Below, piece after piece: positions 26,976-35,817 of a stretch of 64,000 nt of DNA. The DNA lies in NCBI GenBank assembly GCA_018062965.1, contig JAGORG010000005.1:604-64603 (forward strand). The letters are read 5' to 3'. Each line of letters opens with the position of its first letter. Within the stretch, counting starts at the first letter, position 1. Under the pieces are notes generated by a model. The model was not told the DNA's origin. It ran no database searches and saw nothing but the letters and a program-made list of their open reading frames with translations. The stretch comes from Minisyncoccota bacterium (GTDB lineage Bacteria > Patescibacteriota > Minisyncoccia > Phycocordibacterales > UBA5272). The position numbers and the translations under genes were made by a program.

Positions 26976-27824
26976 ATGAAAGAATTTGAGTTTACACCTC
27001 CAGAAATTCCGGAGCCAAAGGAAGAGTTGTTTATGGAAGAGCTGGTCCACTATGATGATATGCCTGATGGAGTTACAGTTAAAAGTCTGTCGCCATCAGG
27101 TGCTGATGAGTACAAAAAGTGTATGATATTTAGTGGGCACAGATATCGTGTTTCATTTGTGCGTGTTGGTGTGGGTGACGATGCAGAATTTAAAATTCGT
27201 TTCGGTTTAGCTATGACAGAGCGTGCCCCTGTAACAAACTCAGGGCTTGATGTGTTTCGAAAACTTACCCACGAAATGCATGCTGTCTATGAAGACATTG
27301 TAAATGTGGAGAGTGTTAAAGCCCTAAGGTTTTACGCCTCAAATGACGGACCTTTGGAAGAGGTAAAAACAACGGTTGCAGACACTTTGCGAAGTAGTCC
27401 GGAAAAACTAAATGGTTTTTTGTTTAATGATGAAATGTCTAGATTCGTTGTGCGTACCCAAGATGGAACAGTTAGTATTGATATTAATAACCCGTACGGA
27501 GTTGTTTCAAAAACATTTCCGGTTGACGAGCATATGCTTGATGCTATCGCTGCGGTAGTTGAGAAGATAGATAGTATTCGTTTGGTATACGATCTATTTG
27601 AGTACATTCAAGAGTCAGATGAGGAAGTAAATGTTACGCGTAAAGAGCAACGTCTTAAGCTTTACTTGTTTTACATGCGTAAGCAGTTTCCAGAGTTTGA
27701 CTACAACGTAGAAACTGTAATGGAAGGAAACAGAAAAGTTGTTAAGTTTGAAAAAGATGAAAATGGCGAACCATATGTACGAGCTATTCTTCATAAAGAG
27801 ACTACACCTCACGCACAAGGATAA
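26976..27824 (+). CDS. Hypothetical protein (about 282 aa) embedded in the pentose-phosphate gene cluster
   Basis: An ORF with an ATG at 26976 (MKEFEFTPP), and I recognised no motif. It sits between rpiB and rpe. Confidence 0.4.
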   Translation: MKEFEFTPPEIPEPKEELFMEELVHYDDMPDGVTVKSLSPSGADEYKKCMIFSGHRYRVSFVRVGVGDDAEFKIRFGLAMTERAPVTNSGLDVFRKLTHEMHAVYEDIVNVESVKALRFYASNDGPLEEVKTTVADTLRSSPEKLNGFLFNDEMSRFVVRTQDGTVSIDINNPYGVVSKTFPVDEHMLDAIAAVVEKIDSIRLVYDLFEYIQESDEEVNVTRKEQRLKLYLFYMRKQFPEFDYNVETVMEGNRKVVKFEKDENGEPYVRAILHKETTPHAQG

Positions 27825-27839
27825 GGTATACTGCATACT

Positions 27840-28493
27840 ATGAATATCGTACCAGCAATTTTGCCACATTCTTTTGAAGAGCTTACAGAAAAACTATCTC
27901 GCATAGACGGTCTTTCAAGAGATGTACAAATAGATATATGTGATGGTAAGTTTGGCCGAGAGGTGACATGGATTCCAGATGGAACCGAAACACTACCGCA
28001 AGGGTTTGTATACGAATTTGATCTTATGGTCGCAGATTGTCAGTCAGTTGTACAAGCTGCACTTACTCTTGGTGCAAAGCGCATTGTGATCCATGCGGAT
28101 TCGATGTCAGAAGAACAGATGCGAGAATGCGCTCAGATGGTGGTTGCGCAAGGTGCTTCTGTTGGGGTTGCTGTTTCAAATGATCAAACTATTGATGAGC
28201 ATGTAGCAATGCTTCGCGCTGCAAGAAACGTAGATTCTCAGGCATATGCTCAAGTGATGGGAATACGATCTATCGGAGAACAGGGGCAAATTTTTGATGA
28301 AGAAACTCCAGCAAGAATAGTTGCGCTCAAACAGCAGGTTGGGGACGTGCTTGTTCAAGTAGATGGTGCGATGAATCCAACGAATGCCCCACGAGTTCTT
28401 GAAGCTGGTGCTGAGACCCTTGTTGTTGGTTCGTATATTTTTGGTGACAACGATCCAGGAACTGCTCTTGCTACGATGAACAATCTTGCATAA
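27840..28493 (+). CDS. rpe: Ribulose-phosphate 3-epimerase
   Basis: VPAILPHSFEEL...DVQIDICDGKFG...VQVDGAMNPTN...LVVGSYIF follows the RPE (ribulose-phosphate binding barrel) pattern (IAPSILSADF...D.MDG.FVPN...VDGG....AGA...V.GSA.F). Confidence 0.75.
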   Translation: MNIVPAILPHSFEELTEKLSRIDGLSRDVQIDICDGKFGREVTWIPDGTETLPQGFVYEFDLMVADCQSVVQAALTLGAKRIVIHADSMSEEQMRECAQMVVAQGASVGVAVSNDQTIDEHVAMLRAARNVDSQAYAQVMGIRSIGEQGQIFDEETPARIVALKQQVGDVLVQVDGAMNPTNAPRVLEAGAETLVVGSYIFGDNDPGTALATMNNLA

Positions 28494-28542
28494 GTGTGTA
28501 CTAGGTGTGAAGTTGGTTGAAACTTCACGCTATACTGTGTGT

Positions 28543-29403
28543 ATGTATTCCATCACCGATGTCGAAGTAAAAGCGCTTGAACTGCGAGCCCAAGATATTC
28601 GCGAGAGTATTGTAAAAATGCTCCTAGCTTCTGGTTCAGGACATACTGCGGGACCACTTGGTATGGCAGATATTTTTACAGCGCTTTATTTTAGAGTGCT
28701 TAACCATAATCCTCGTCACGCTCTTTGGAAAGAGCGTGACAGGCTTATTTTGTCCAACGGGCATATTGTACCTGTTCAGTATGCGGCTCTTGCACACGCT
28801 GGGTACTTTCCTATTTCTGAACTTCGAACATTGCGTCAGTTTGGGTCACGTTTGCAGGGGCATCCACATAGAGAGTCGTTGCCTGGACTTGAAACAACGT
28901 CTGGTCCACTTGGGTGTGGGCTTTCTCAAGCTATTGGTATGGCGCTCATCGACAGGTTAGAAGAACATAAACCACCACGGTATTTTTATTGTGTTATGGG
29001 TGACGGAGAAATGAACGAAGGGCAAGTATGGGAGTCGTTGCTACTACTTGGAAAATATAAACTGACAAACGTTATTCCAATCATCGATAGAAACACTATT
29101 CAGATAGATGGTTTTACGGAAGATGTGTTACCGCTTGAGCCACTTGCAAACAAGTTAGAATACTTTAACCTGCATGTTGTTGAAATTAACGGACATGATT
29201 TTCGAGACATTGTTCGTGGAATAGCAACTGCAAAAAGCTCACTCGATAAGCCAACTGTTATCATCGCACACACAATCCCAGGTAAAGGGGTGACAGAGTT
29301 CGAAGGTGACTACAAGTTACACGGAATGTTTCCAAACAAAGAAGCAGGACTTGTAGCGCTCAAAGAATTGAGAACCATGAGGGGTAAAATAAAGAATGAC
29401 TAG
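28543..29403 (+). CDS. tkt: Transketolase, N-terminal (TPP-binding) subunit of the split enzyme
   Basis: GSGHTAGPLGMADIFTALYF matches transketolase GSGHPGGSLSMAD, and GDGEMNEGQVWE matches the TPP motif GDG...EG. A TATACT box lies 6 nt before the ATG at 28543. Confidence 0.9.
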   Translation: MYSITDVEVKALELRAQDIRESIVKMLLASGSGHTAGPLGMADIFTALYFRVLNHNPRHALWKERDRLILSNGHIVPVQYAALAHAGYFPISELRTLRQFGSRLQGHPHRESLPGLETTSGPLGCGLSQAIGMALIDRLEEHKPPRYFYCVMGDGEMNEGQVWESLLLLGKYKLTNVIPIIDRNTIQIDGFTEDVLPLEPLANKLEYFNLHVVEINGHDFRDIVRGIATAKSSLDKPTVIIAHTIPGKGVTEFEGDYKLHGMFPNKEAGLVALKELRTMRGKIKND

Positions 29404-30391
29404 CATGTTACGAAAAACACTATTTACGCTTAATGAAGAAGAAATGGCCACCCGAGAAGGATTCGGTACTGGTCTTGTTGAGAGCGCAAAAGAACATCCA
29501 CAGGTTGTTGCGATATGTGCAGACCTAACTGAAAGCACCAAGATGGACGCCTTCAAGAAAGTTTTTCCAGATAGATTCTTTGAAGTTGGTATAACAGAGC
29601 AGGCGATGTCTGGGGTGGCATCAGGGATGGCTGCGATGGGGTATAAACCGTTTATGGCGAGCTATGCGATGTTTTCTCCTGGAAGAAACTGGGAACAGAT
29701 ACGCACAACTATTTGTTATAACAATCAGCCTGTGACGATTGTGGGGGCTCATGCCGGTATTTCTGTTGGGCCAGATGGAGCAACACATCAGGCGCTCGAA
29801 GACATCGCTATCATGCGTACATTACCTAACATGACAGTCCTCGTTCCGCTTGATGCTGTTGAAGCGCATGCGATGACACATTTCCTTGCAACATACAAAC
29901 ATCCTGCATATATACGTCTCGGACGTGAAAAGACACCTGTCATGTTGCCAGATGGGCATACGTTTAATTTTGGAAAGGCTACAATTATTTCTCTTCCAGA
30001 AGCAAAGCACGGGAAAGAGTTTATGTACAAAGTAGGGGTTATTGGTTGTGGTCCGATTATCTATGAAGCACTCTTGGCTGCAAAAGAATTAGAAAAAGAA
30101 GGTATTGGAGTAACTGTTGTTAACAGTTCAACAGTCAAACCTCTTGATACTGGTTTCTTGTTGCGGTTTGCAAAAGACGTGAAAGCATTTGTTACAGTTG
30201 AGGAAGCTCAAATAGCTGGAGGGCTCGGGAGTGCTATTGCAGAGTACATGAGTGAACATCATCCTATGAAGGTAATTAAAGTTGGTATACAGGACAGATT
30301 TGGTCAAAGCGGTAAACCAAAAGAACTATACCAAGAATACAACTTGACTAAGGATGATATAAAGCAAGCAATCTATCGTGCGATACAGTAG
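29396..30391 (+). CDS. tkt: Transketolase, C-terminal (pyrimidine-binding and C-terminal domains) subunit
   Basis: REGFGTGLVE...FFEVGITEQAMSGVASGMA...QALEDIAIMRTLPNMTV matches the transketolase middle and C-terminal domains. It overlaps the N-terminal subunit gene by 8 nt. Confidence 0.9.
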   Translation: MTSMLRKTLFTLNEEEMATREGFGTGLVESAKEHPQVVAICADLTESTKMDAFKKVFPDRFFEVGITEQAMSGVASGMAAMGYKPFMASYAMFSPGRNWEQIRTTICYNNQPVTIVGAHAGISVGPDGATHQALEDIAIMRTLPNMTVLVPLDAVEAHAMTHFLATYKHPAYIRLGREKTPVMLPDGHTFNFGKATIISLPEAKHGKEFMYKVGVIGCGPIIYEALLAAKELEKEGIGVTVVNSSTVKPLDTGFLLRFAKDVKAFVTVEEAQIAGGLGSAIAEYMSEHHPMKVIKVGIQDRFGQSGKPKELYQEYNLTKDDIKQAIYRAIQ

Positions 30392-30393
30392 GT

Positions 30394-31380
30394 TTATATG
30401 ATTGCAAGTTTGTAATCAGAAGGAGCTTTTTTGAGGTGACTTTCAATTGCTTCGTCCGAAAGTAACCCTTCTTGTGCGCCTATGTGTTGTACAACGTTCA
30501 TGCTGTTGATAGGTGCTCTTGTGATTGCGTAGCTTGGGTCAAATCCTTTTACAAGGTATGAGACAAACGTAGAAAAGAATGCATCTCCTGCGCCTGTTCG
30601 TTCAAGAGGTGGGGCGATATCTGGATATATTGGCATAAAGAAATATGTATTTTCATGCTTCATATATGATCCATGAGGCCCGTCTGTAACGATCACTATC
30701 TTTGAACCAAGAGCTGCTAAGCCGTCAAGGAGAATTTTGAAGTCAGTTTCAGGAGTCGATAGAAGTTGCTGTGCTTCTTCTTTATTCATACATACAACAT
30801 GTGTTTGTTTGTATAGGTCAGCAAGTTGCATACCCATCTTGAGTTGGAATGTTCCAGGTTGAAATGCAAGGTGCACGTCTTTGTTTTTTTCTAGATACTC
30901 TATGATGTCACTATGAAATGTTTCTGTTCCTGCGCCCAGAGAAGAGAGGTATATCCACTTTGGTGGCGTGAGGTTTTCTGGAAGTTTTTCGTGAAAATCA
31001 GAGTGTTTGATGAGTATCGTTCTATCGTCTCCATACCACAGAACATAGTGATAGTTCGTCGGCGTTCCTTCTTCTTGTGTTATGAATTCTGTACTTACAT
31101 GCTCTTGTTGTAGTTTCGCTAAACAGGCGTTACCGTGATCATCTTTTCCTAAAAAAGAAATAAGAGCAGTTGATAGCCCTAAACGAGAAGCAGAAACTGC
31201 TGCATTTGCGCTGTTGCCTACCGCTGGAAGAAGTGTTGCGTTATCGTAGGGGATTTTGCTTCCATATGGAATACAAAGTTCTGGACCTACGGCAGATTCT
31301 TGTACACGACCTGCAGATAGTTTGATGAATACGTCCATCACTGTGTCTCCAATTGCTATTAGATCATAAGGCTTTTCCAT
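30394..31380 (-). CDS. PfkB-family carbohydrate kinase (ribokinase/fructokinase-like)
   Basis: The N-terminus LIAIGDTVMDVF and the C-terminal anion-hole motif TGAGDAFFSTFV. The internal ATG at 31380 is the likely start. Confidence 0.8.
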   Translation of the reverse strand: MEKPYDLIAIGDTVMDVFIKLSAGRVQESAVGPELCIPYGSKIPYDNATLLPAVGNSANAAVSASRLGLSTALISFLGKDDHGNACLAKLQQEHVSTEFITQEEGTPTNYHYVLWYGDDRTILIKHSDFHEKLPENLTPPKWIYLSSLGAGTETFHSDIIEYLEKNKDVHLAFQPGTFQLKMGMQLADLYKQTHVVCMNKEEAQQLLSTPETDFKILLDGLAALGSKIVIVTDGPHGSYMKHENTYFFMPIYPDIAPPLERTGAGDAFFSTFVSYLVKGFDPSYAITRAPINSMNVVQHIGAQEGLLSDEAIESHLKKAPSDYKLAII

Positions 31381-31421
31381 GTGAATATGGTACCACGTAA
31401 AATACGATATACTGTGTTGAT

Positions 31422-32312
31422 ATGAAACTACTGCCTCACCAATCTCCTCTGTATCTCGATACTGTCCTGCAAGCAAAATCTGATGGGCACGCTATTGCAC
31501 ACTTTAATATTTCAAATCTAGATCAAGCGCGCGCCATCGCTCAGGTTGCAGAAGAGCTCAAACAACCGGTGATTATCGGAGTGAGTGAAGGAGAGCGTGA
31601 CTATATCGGTGTTGCAATGGCGCGCACCCTCATCGACGAGCTTAATCAAGAATACTCTGTACCAATTTTCTTAAATGCAGATCATACGTATTCGCTTGAA
31701 AAGGTGATGGAAGTTGTAGAAGCAGGGTATGACAGTGTAATTGTTGATGGTGCAAAACTATCGTACGAAGAAAATGTTGCTCTTGTAAAAACCTGTGTTG
31801 ATTATGTACGTGCCTATGAAGCAAAAACTGGTAAGCGCATTTTGGTTGAAGCAGAGCTTGGGTATATCGGTCAATCATCTTCTCTTAACACAGAACTACC
31901 TGAGGGTGTAACTGAGGCAAACATAACAACTGTAGATCAAGCGCGAGATTTTGTATTGCGTACTGGGGTGGATATGTTTGCTCCTGCAGTTGGAAACATC
32001 CACGGAATGCTTGTGGACGCTCCAGAGCCAAAACTACATATCGATCGTTTACGAGAGATAACAGCTATAGTTGATATACCACTTGTTTTGCATGGAGCTA
32101 GCGGAAACACGGATGAAGATTTGAAATCTGCGATTGACGCAGGGATTGCTATTATTCATATTAATACCGAAATCAGAAAAGCATTTCGAGATGGAGAAAT
32201 GAACTACTTGGAAGAGCATCCACAAGAAGTTGCGCCGTATAAGTTTGGAAAAGAGGGACAGGAAGAAATGAAAAAGGTGGTTAAGTCTAAGATGTTATTG
32301 TACATGAAGTAG
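31422..32312 (+). CDS. fba: Fructose-bisphosphate aldolase, class II
   Basis: AIAHFNISNL...PVIIGVSEGERDYIG...LNADHTYS...LHGASG match the class II FBA motifs. Confidence 0.9.
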   Translation: MKLLPHQSPLYLDTVLQAKSDGHAIAHFNISNLDQARAIAQVAEELKQPVIIGVSEGERDYIGVAMARTLIDELNQEYSVPIFLNADHTYSLEKVMEVVEAGYDSVIVDGAKLSYEENVALVKTCVDYVRAYEAKTGKRILVEAELGYIGQSSSLNTELPEGVTEANITTVDQARDFVLRTGVDMFAPAVGNIHGMLVDAPEPKLHIDRLREITAIVDIPLVLHGASGNTDEDLKSAIDAGIAIIHINTEIRKAFRDGEMNYLEEHPQEVAPYKFGKEGQEEMKKVVKSKMLLYMK

Positions 32313-32314
32313 TT

Positions 32315-33205
32315 ATGATGGAAAGAATGCGAGAATCTTTAGTCGAAGAGAAATCAGTTTCTACGCAAGAGGCTGTATTAGAACTGCCAAAGCATCTGGA
32401 TGTCTCAGAAGTTATGAAGGACAAGAATGCTTTCTTTGTACACATGATTCAAGTGACTGACCAGTTTGATGTTTCTGTTACCAATAAAAGCATAAATACT
32501 AACAAACTCTCTGTTAGTCAAAAGTTAGATCTTGTATACGGACTTTCTCCAACTTTGTCGGCTAGTACTATTCGACCTCATAAGAACGATGAAACTTTCA
32601 ATGGAGGGTTTGGGGTTATTTTTTCTCATGGAGAGATTGCGCATGCCCATCAAGGCGATGCTGCGACTCGCGCCGTATCTCTTAAGGAAAGAGATGTTTT
32701 AACTGGGGTTAAAAAAGAAAAACAGGACGTTGATAATGCAATTGAAAAAGAAACCGCTTCTTACAACGAATTTGTGCTTAAAAATCCTGAAGTTGCTGGA
32801 GGTTTTATGAAGCTAGCTACGTTTAACGATCGGATTACGTATGAAGAAGAGGAGGTTGTTCATTACAATGGAGAGATTGAGGTAACAAAAATTGGTGTTA
32901 TTGATTTGTCTAATCCACTCGACAGACTTGGGCGTGCAACAGGGGCGAATTACGACAAACCTCTCTCTGTGCTTATAGAAATGCAAAAACGAGGAAAAGT
33001 ATTTGTAATGAATGAAGGTAATGAAATGTATATTGTTCGTAATATTAACGAAGCGGAGAGGAGTGTAGAATTTGTTGCCGCACCAATAGATCCTACTACT
33101 TTTGCTAAAAGTTACGGTGCCGAGCGCATGAATATGTATCATAAAAAGGAAATCGCAGATCGTTTCGAGGAAAGTTTGAAACAAAAAGGAATAGCGCTAC
33201 ACTAA
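32315..33205 (+). CDS. Hypothetical protein (296 aa) between fba and malic enzyme
   Basis: ORF only, with no recognisable motif. It is probably co-transcribed with the metabolic cluster. Confidence 0.4.
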   Translation: MMERMRESLVEEKSVSTQEAVLELPKHLDVSEVMKDKNAFFVHMIQVTDQFDVSVTNKSINTNKLSVSQKLDLVYGLSPTLSASTIRPHKNDETFNGGFGVIFSHGEIAHAHQGDAATRAVSLKERDVLTGVKKEKQDVDNAIEKETASYNEFVLKNPEVAGGFMKLATFNDRITYEEEEVVHYNGEIEVTKIGVIDLSNPLDRLGRATGANYDKPLSVLIEMQKRGKVFVMNEGNEMYIVRNINEAERSVEFVAAPIDPTTFAKSYGAERMNMYHKKEIADRFEESLKQKGIALH

Positions 33206-33211
33206 GCTTCT

Positions 33212-34354
33212 ATGTCACACGATTACAACAAAGAATCAATTGAACTACATAAGAAACACAACGGAAAGATAGAGCTTTCAGTTAAAGTACCGATGAATGA
33301 CCGGGACGATCTCTCTCGTGCATACACTCCAGGTATTGCAGAAATTTCTCGCGAGATCGCTCGTGATCCATCGCTTGCTCGTGACTATACATTGAAACGA
33401 AATACGGTTGCAATCGTGTCTGACGGCTCTGCAATTTTAGGGCTTGGAAATCTTGGAGCACTCGCTGCAATTCCGGTTATGGAAGGAAAGGCTGCGATAC
33501 TCAAATCATTTGCTAATGTGGATGCATTTCCTATTTGTTTGGATACGCAAGATACAGAAGAAATCATTCAAGCAGTTAAACACATAGCTCCAGTGTTTGG
33601 TGCCATTAACTTAGAGGACATCGCAGCTCCTAAATGTTTTGAGATTGAAGAACGTTTGCGTGCAGAGTTATCTATTCCTGTGATGCATGATGACCAGTGG
33701 GGGACAGCAACAGTTGTCCTCGGGGGGCTTATCAATGCGCTTACAGTTACTGGTCGCGGAGAAGGAAAAGAATCGGTTATCGTAATAAACGGTGTTGGTT
33801 CAGCCGGTGTTGCAACATCTCGACTTCTTCTTGCGTACGGTTTTAAGCATATTATTTTCTGTGACAGTCAGGGGATTATTCATGAAGGGCGTGCAGATCT
33901 TACAAAAGAAAAGAAAGAATTGCTCGAAGCAAGTGATCTTCATCCAGAACCAGGAACACTAACGGACGCTGTTGTTGGGGCTGATGTGTTTGTGGGTGTT
34001 TCAAAAGCTGGAGTACTCACTCCTGAAATGGTACAAGCCATGAACAAAGATTCGATTGTGTTTGCGCTTGCAAATCCAGTTCCAGAAATTATGCCAGATC
34101 TTGCTCGTGATGCAGGTATTGCGGTTATTGCAACAGGACGAAGTGACTTTCCAAACCAACTCAATAACTCGCTCATCTTCCCAGGACTCTTTAAAGGGGT
34201 TCTTGACGCTCATATTAAGCAGTTTGAAATTTCAATGTTTACGAAAGCTGCACTTGCGCTCGCAGGGCATGTTAAAAATCCAACAAGAGACGAAATACTT
34301 CCAACGATGTTTGATAAAGAGCTCGTTGATGTTATCGCTGCTACAGTAAAATAA
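33212..34354 (+). CDS. NAD(P)-dependent malic enzyme (short form)
   Basis: DLSRAYTPGIAEISREIARDP...VINGVGSAGVATSRLL (Rossmann), and ALANPVPEI, matching the malic enzyme family. Confidence 0.85.
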   Translation: MSHDYNKESIELHKKHNGKIELSVKVPMNDRDDLSRAYTPGIAEISREIARDPSLARDYTLKRNTVAIVSDGSAILGLGNLGALAAIPVMEGKAAILKSFANVDAFPICLDTQDTEEIIQAVKHIAPVFGAINLEDIAAPKCFEIEERLRAELSIPVMHDDQWGTATVVLGGLINALTVTGRGEGKESVIVINGVGSAGVATSRLLLAYGFKHIIFCDSQGIIHEGRADLTKEKKELLEASDLHPEPGTLTDAVVGADVFVGVSKAGVLTPEMVQAMNKDSIVFALANPVPEIMPDLARDAGIAVIATGRSDFPNQLNNSLIFPGLFKGVLDAHIKQFEISMFTKAALALAGHVKNPTRDEILPTMFDKELVDVIAATVK

Positions 34355-34358
34355 AAAT

Positions 34359-34383
34359 AAGGGAGTCCTTGAGGGACTCCCTT
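34359..34383. terminator. Bidirectional terminator hairpin AAGGGAGTCC-ttga-GGGACTCCCTT
   Basis: It is flanked by an A-run on the + strand and, on the minus strand, is followed by TTATTTTTATTTT. It sits after the lipoprotein gene. Confidence 0.65.
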
Positions 34384-34401
34384 AGTGGGGAAAGCCGAGT
34401 A

Positions 34402-35175
34402 TTAGCTTGTGAGCTTCATCAGCTGTTTTTGGCTCCAGCGGGCGAACTTGTCGCCGCCGTTCATGTGACGACGATGCAGGAACTGCGTCATCCAGGCGGC
34501 ATTGCTGTCGAGCCGGCCTTCACTGTATGTGACGCCGAACTTCTCTGCTTCCTTGTGGCAATCTTCCGGCGCGGTCGTGGTTTGTGAGCAGCTGAGAAGG
34601 ACTTCGAACGACTTTTCGCTGTAGGGCGTCGCGAGGATCTTGTGCAGCTTGCGCAGCTCTTGAATCAGGTCTGCTTTTGTGCGCAGGGCAGGTACCATGC
34701 TGTCGATGATCTTTTCGGCGACAGCTGGATGCTGTTGCATCCACACCAAGATACCGGAAGCGAGGCGCAGTCGCTGCTCGTTTTCATTGCTTGTGTAGTC
34801 CTGTGTGCCAGCATCTTTTTTCATGATGTTGTACCAGGTGCGGCCGGCGACTGCGCCGAGGTATTGGGCGCTGTAGATGGCTTCGGCAATTTCCTGGGCA
34901 TCAGTTGGCAGTGCTCCAGCTTTCATGTCGGAGATTTTCTGCAGCCGGGTCGTGACACCTGCTTCCATGGCTTTGTCAGCCGCGAGCTCCTTCTCTTTGG
35001 CAGTTTTTTCAGCTGCAATCCTGTCTTTCTCAGCCTTCTCGGCTGCAGTTTTGGCGTCCCGTTCGGCTTGGGTTGGCCCTTTGACGACAGGCGCTGGCGC
35101 AGGAGGAGGTTCATTCTTGTTGCAGCCGGTCAAAGCTGTCAGACAAATCAGAATCGAAATCAATGTGCTTTTCAT
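34402..35175 (-). CDS. Lipoprotein of unknown function, in GC-rich island 2
   Basis: A signal peptide with the lipobox LTALTGC, an Ala/Lys/Glu-rich linker, and about 58 % GC with CTG/GCC/CGC/GGC codon preference unlike the host. The Shine-Dalgarno site AAGGAG lies 8 nt before the ATG. Confidence 0.6.
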   Translation of the reverse strand: MKSTLISILICLTALTGCNKNEPPPAPAPVVKGPTQAERDAKTAAEKAEKDRIAAEKTAKEKELAADKAMEAGVTTRLQKISDMKAGALPTDAQEIAEAIYSAQYLGAVAGRTWYNIMKKDAGTQDYTSNENEQRLRLASGILVWMQQHPAVAEKIIDSMVPALRTKADLIQELRKLHKILATPYSEKSFEVLLSCSQTTTAPEDCHKEAEKFGVTYSEGRLDSNAAWMTQFLHRRHMNGGDKFARWSQKQLMKLTS

Positions 35176-35248
35176 GGTGTTTTCTCCTTGTAGAGTTGCT
35201 GCCCACCAAGGCAGGGGATTATATCCCTTGGGTTGAAATACAATATAT

Positions 35249-35276
35249 ATTATAACATTTTATAACTTTTAGTCAA
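35249..35276 (-). promoter_or_regulatory. Consensus promoter TTGACT-16-TATAAT for the lipoprotein gene
   Basis: On the + strand the sequence reads ATTATA (35249-35254) ... AGTCAA (35271-35276), which is TTGACT-16-TATAAT on the minus strand. Confidence 0.55.
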
Positions 35277-35282
35277 GTTTTA

Positions 35283-35316
35283 TTTTTTAATAAAATGACC
35301 TCACGAGGAGGTCATT
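35283..35316 (-). terminator. Terminator hairpin AATGACCTC-ctcgt-GAGGTCATT plus a U/A tract, overlapping the stop codon of the upstream small gene
   Basis: Inverted repeat at 35294-35316, with the minus strand followed by TTATTAAAAAAT. Confidence 0.5.
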
Positions 35317-35545
35317 GTCGAGTTTTTTGTTTTGTTTTTGGTTTACCCCTTGTTGGCCAGCGGTCTAGGGTAAACTTCGTCTGTTCTGATTCAGGGGTAA
35401 ACCCCTTACGTGGTAGGTTTCTTTTTAGTTTGTCGTGAAAGCAACGAAGTGCATCTTTACTGAATGTTTGTTTTTTTCCATCCACTACGAAACAGGCGAC
35501 GAAACCCTGTCCATGCCCTTGAAAGCCTTTGAAGATAAGTGGCAC
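35312..35545 (-). CDS. Small basic protein (77 aa) with a GTG start, in island 2. Alternatively it is the 3' part of a frameshifted gene.
   Basis: The Shine-Dalgarno site tagaAGGAGtgcacaGTG lies 6 nt upstream and is nearly identical to the island 1 site AGGAGtgcatcATG. The stop codon is embedded in the terminator hairpin. It overlaps the upstream ORF by 89 nt in another frame. Confidence 0.35.
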   Translation of the reverse strand: MPLIFKGFQGHGQGFVACFVVDGKKQTFSKDALRCFHDKLKRNLPRKGFTPESEQTKFTLDRWPTRGKPKTKQKTRQ

Positions 35546-35711
35546 TGTGCACTCCTTCTATATGAATGTAATCAAGTGGATCCTTTCTCAATATGAAGCA
35601 TGTACCACAAAAGATAAGTATGGTAAGACATGCAACAATGAGCGCCGGGCCTGCAATGCAAGCAAAGAATGCCCAACGAACGACAGTTGGCAACGAAAAG
35701 CCTTTTCTCAT
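35457..35711 (-). CDS. Small membrane protein (84 aa) in island 2
   Basis: MRKGFSLPTVVRWAFFACIAGPALIVACLTILIFCGTCFILRKD..., with the Shine-Dalgarno site GGAGG 8 nt before the ATG at 35711. Confidence 0.4.
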   Translation of the reverse strand: MRKGFSLPTVVRWAFFACIAGPALIVACLTILIFCGTCFILRKDPLDYIHIEGVHSATYLQRLSRAWTGFRRLFRSGWKKTNIQ

Positions 35712-35817
35712 AGAACTATCCTCCATAAAATGTCTTCTCGTATCCTACGTGGTTTGAACGAAAAAGTCTACATTCTTAGTATTTTAAGCTGTGCCCTTGA
35801 TATGGTAGTATCAAGTC

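Noticed and set aside
35341-35410. 11-bp inverted repeat GGTTTACCCCT ... AGGGGTAAACC as a possible mobile-element terminal inverted repeat
   Set aside because: It lies inside the coding region of the 77-aa island 2 ORF. No transposase or target-site duplication is visible, so it is more likely a coincidental or RNA-structural feature.
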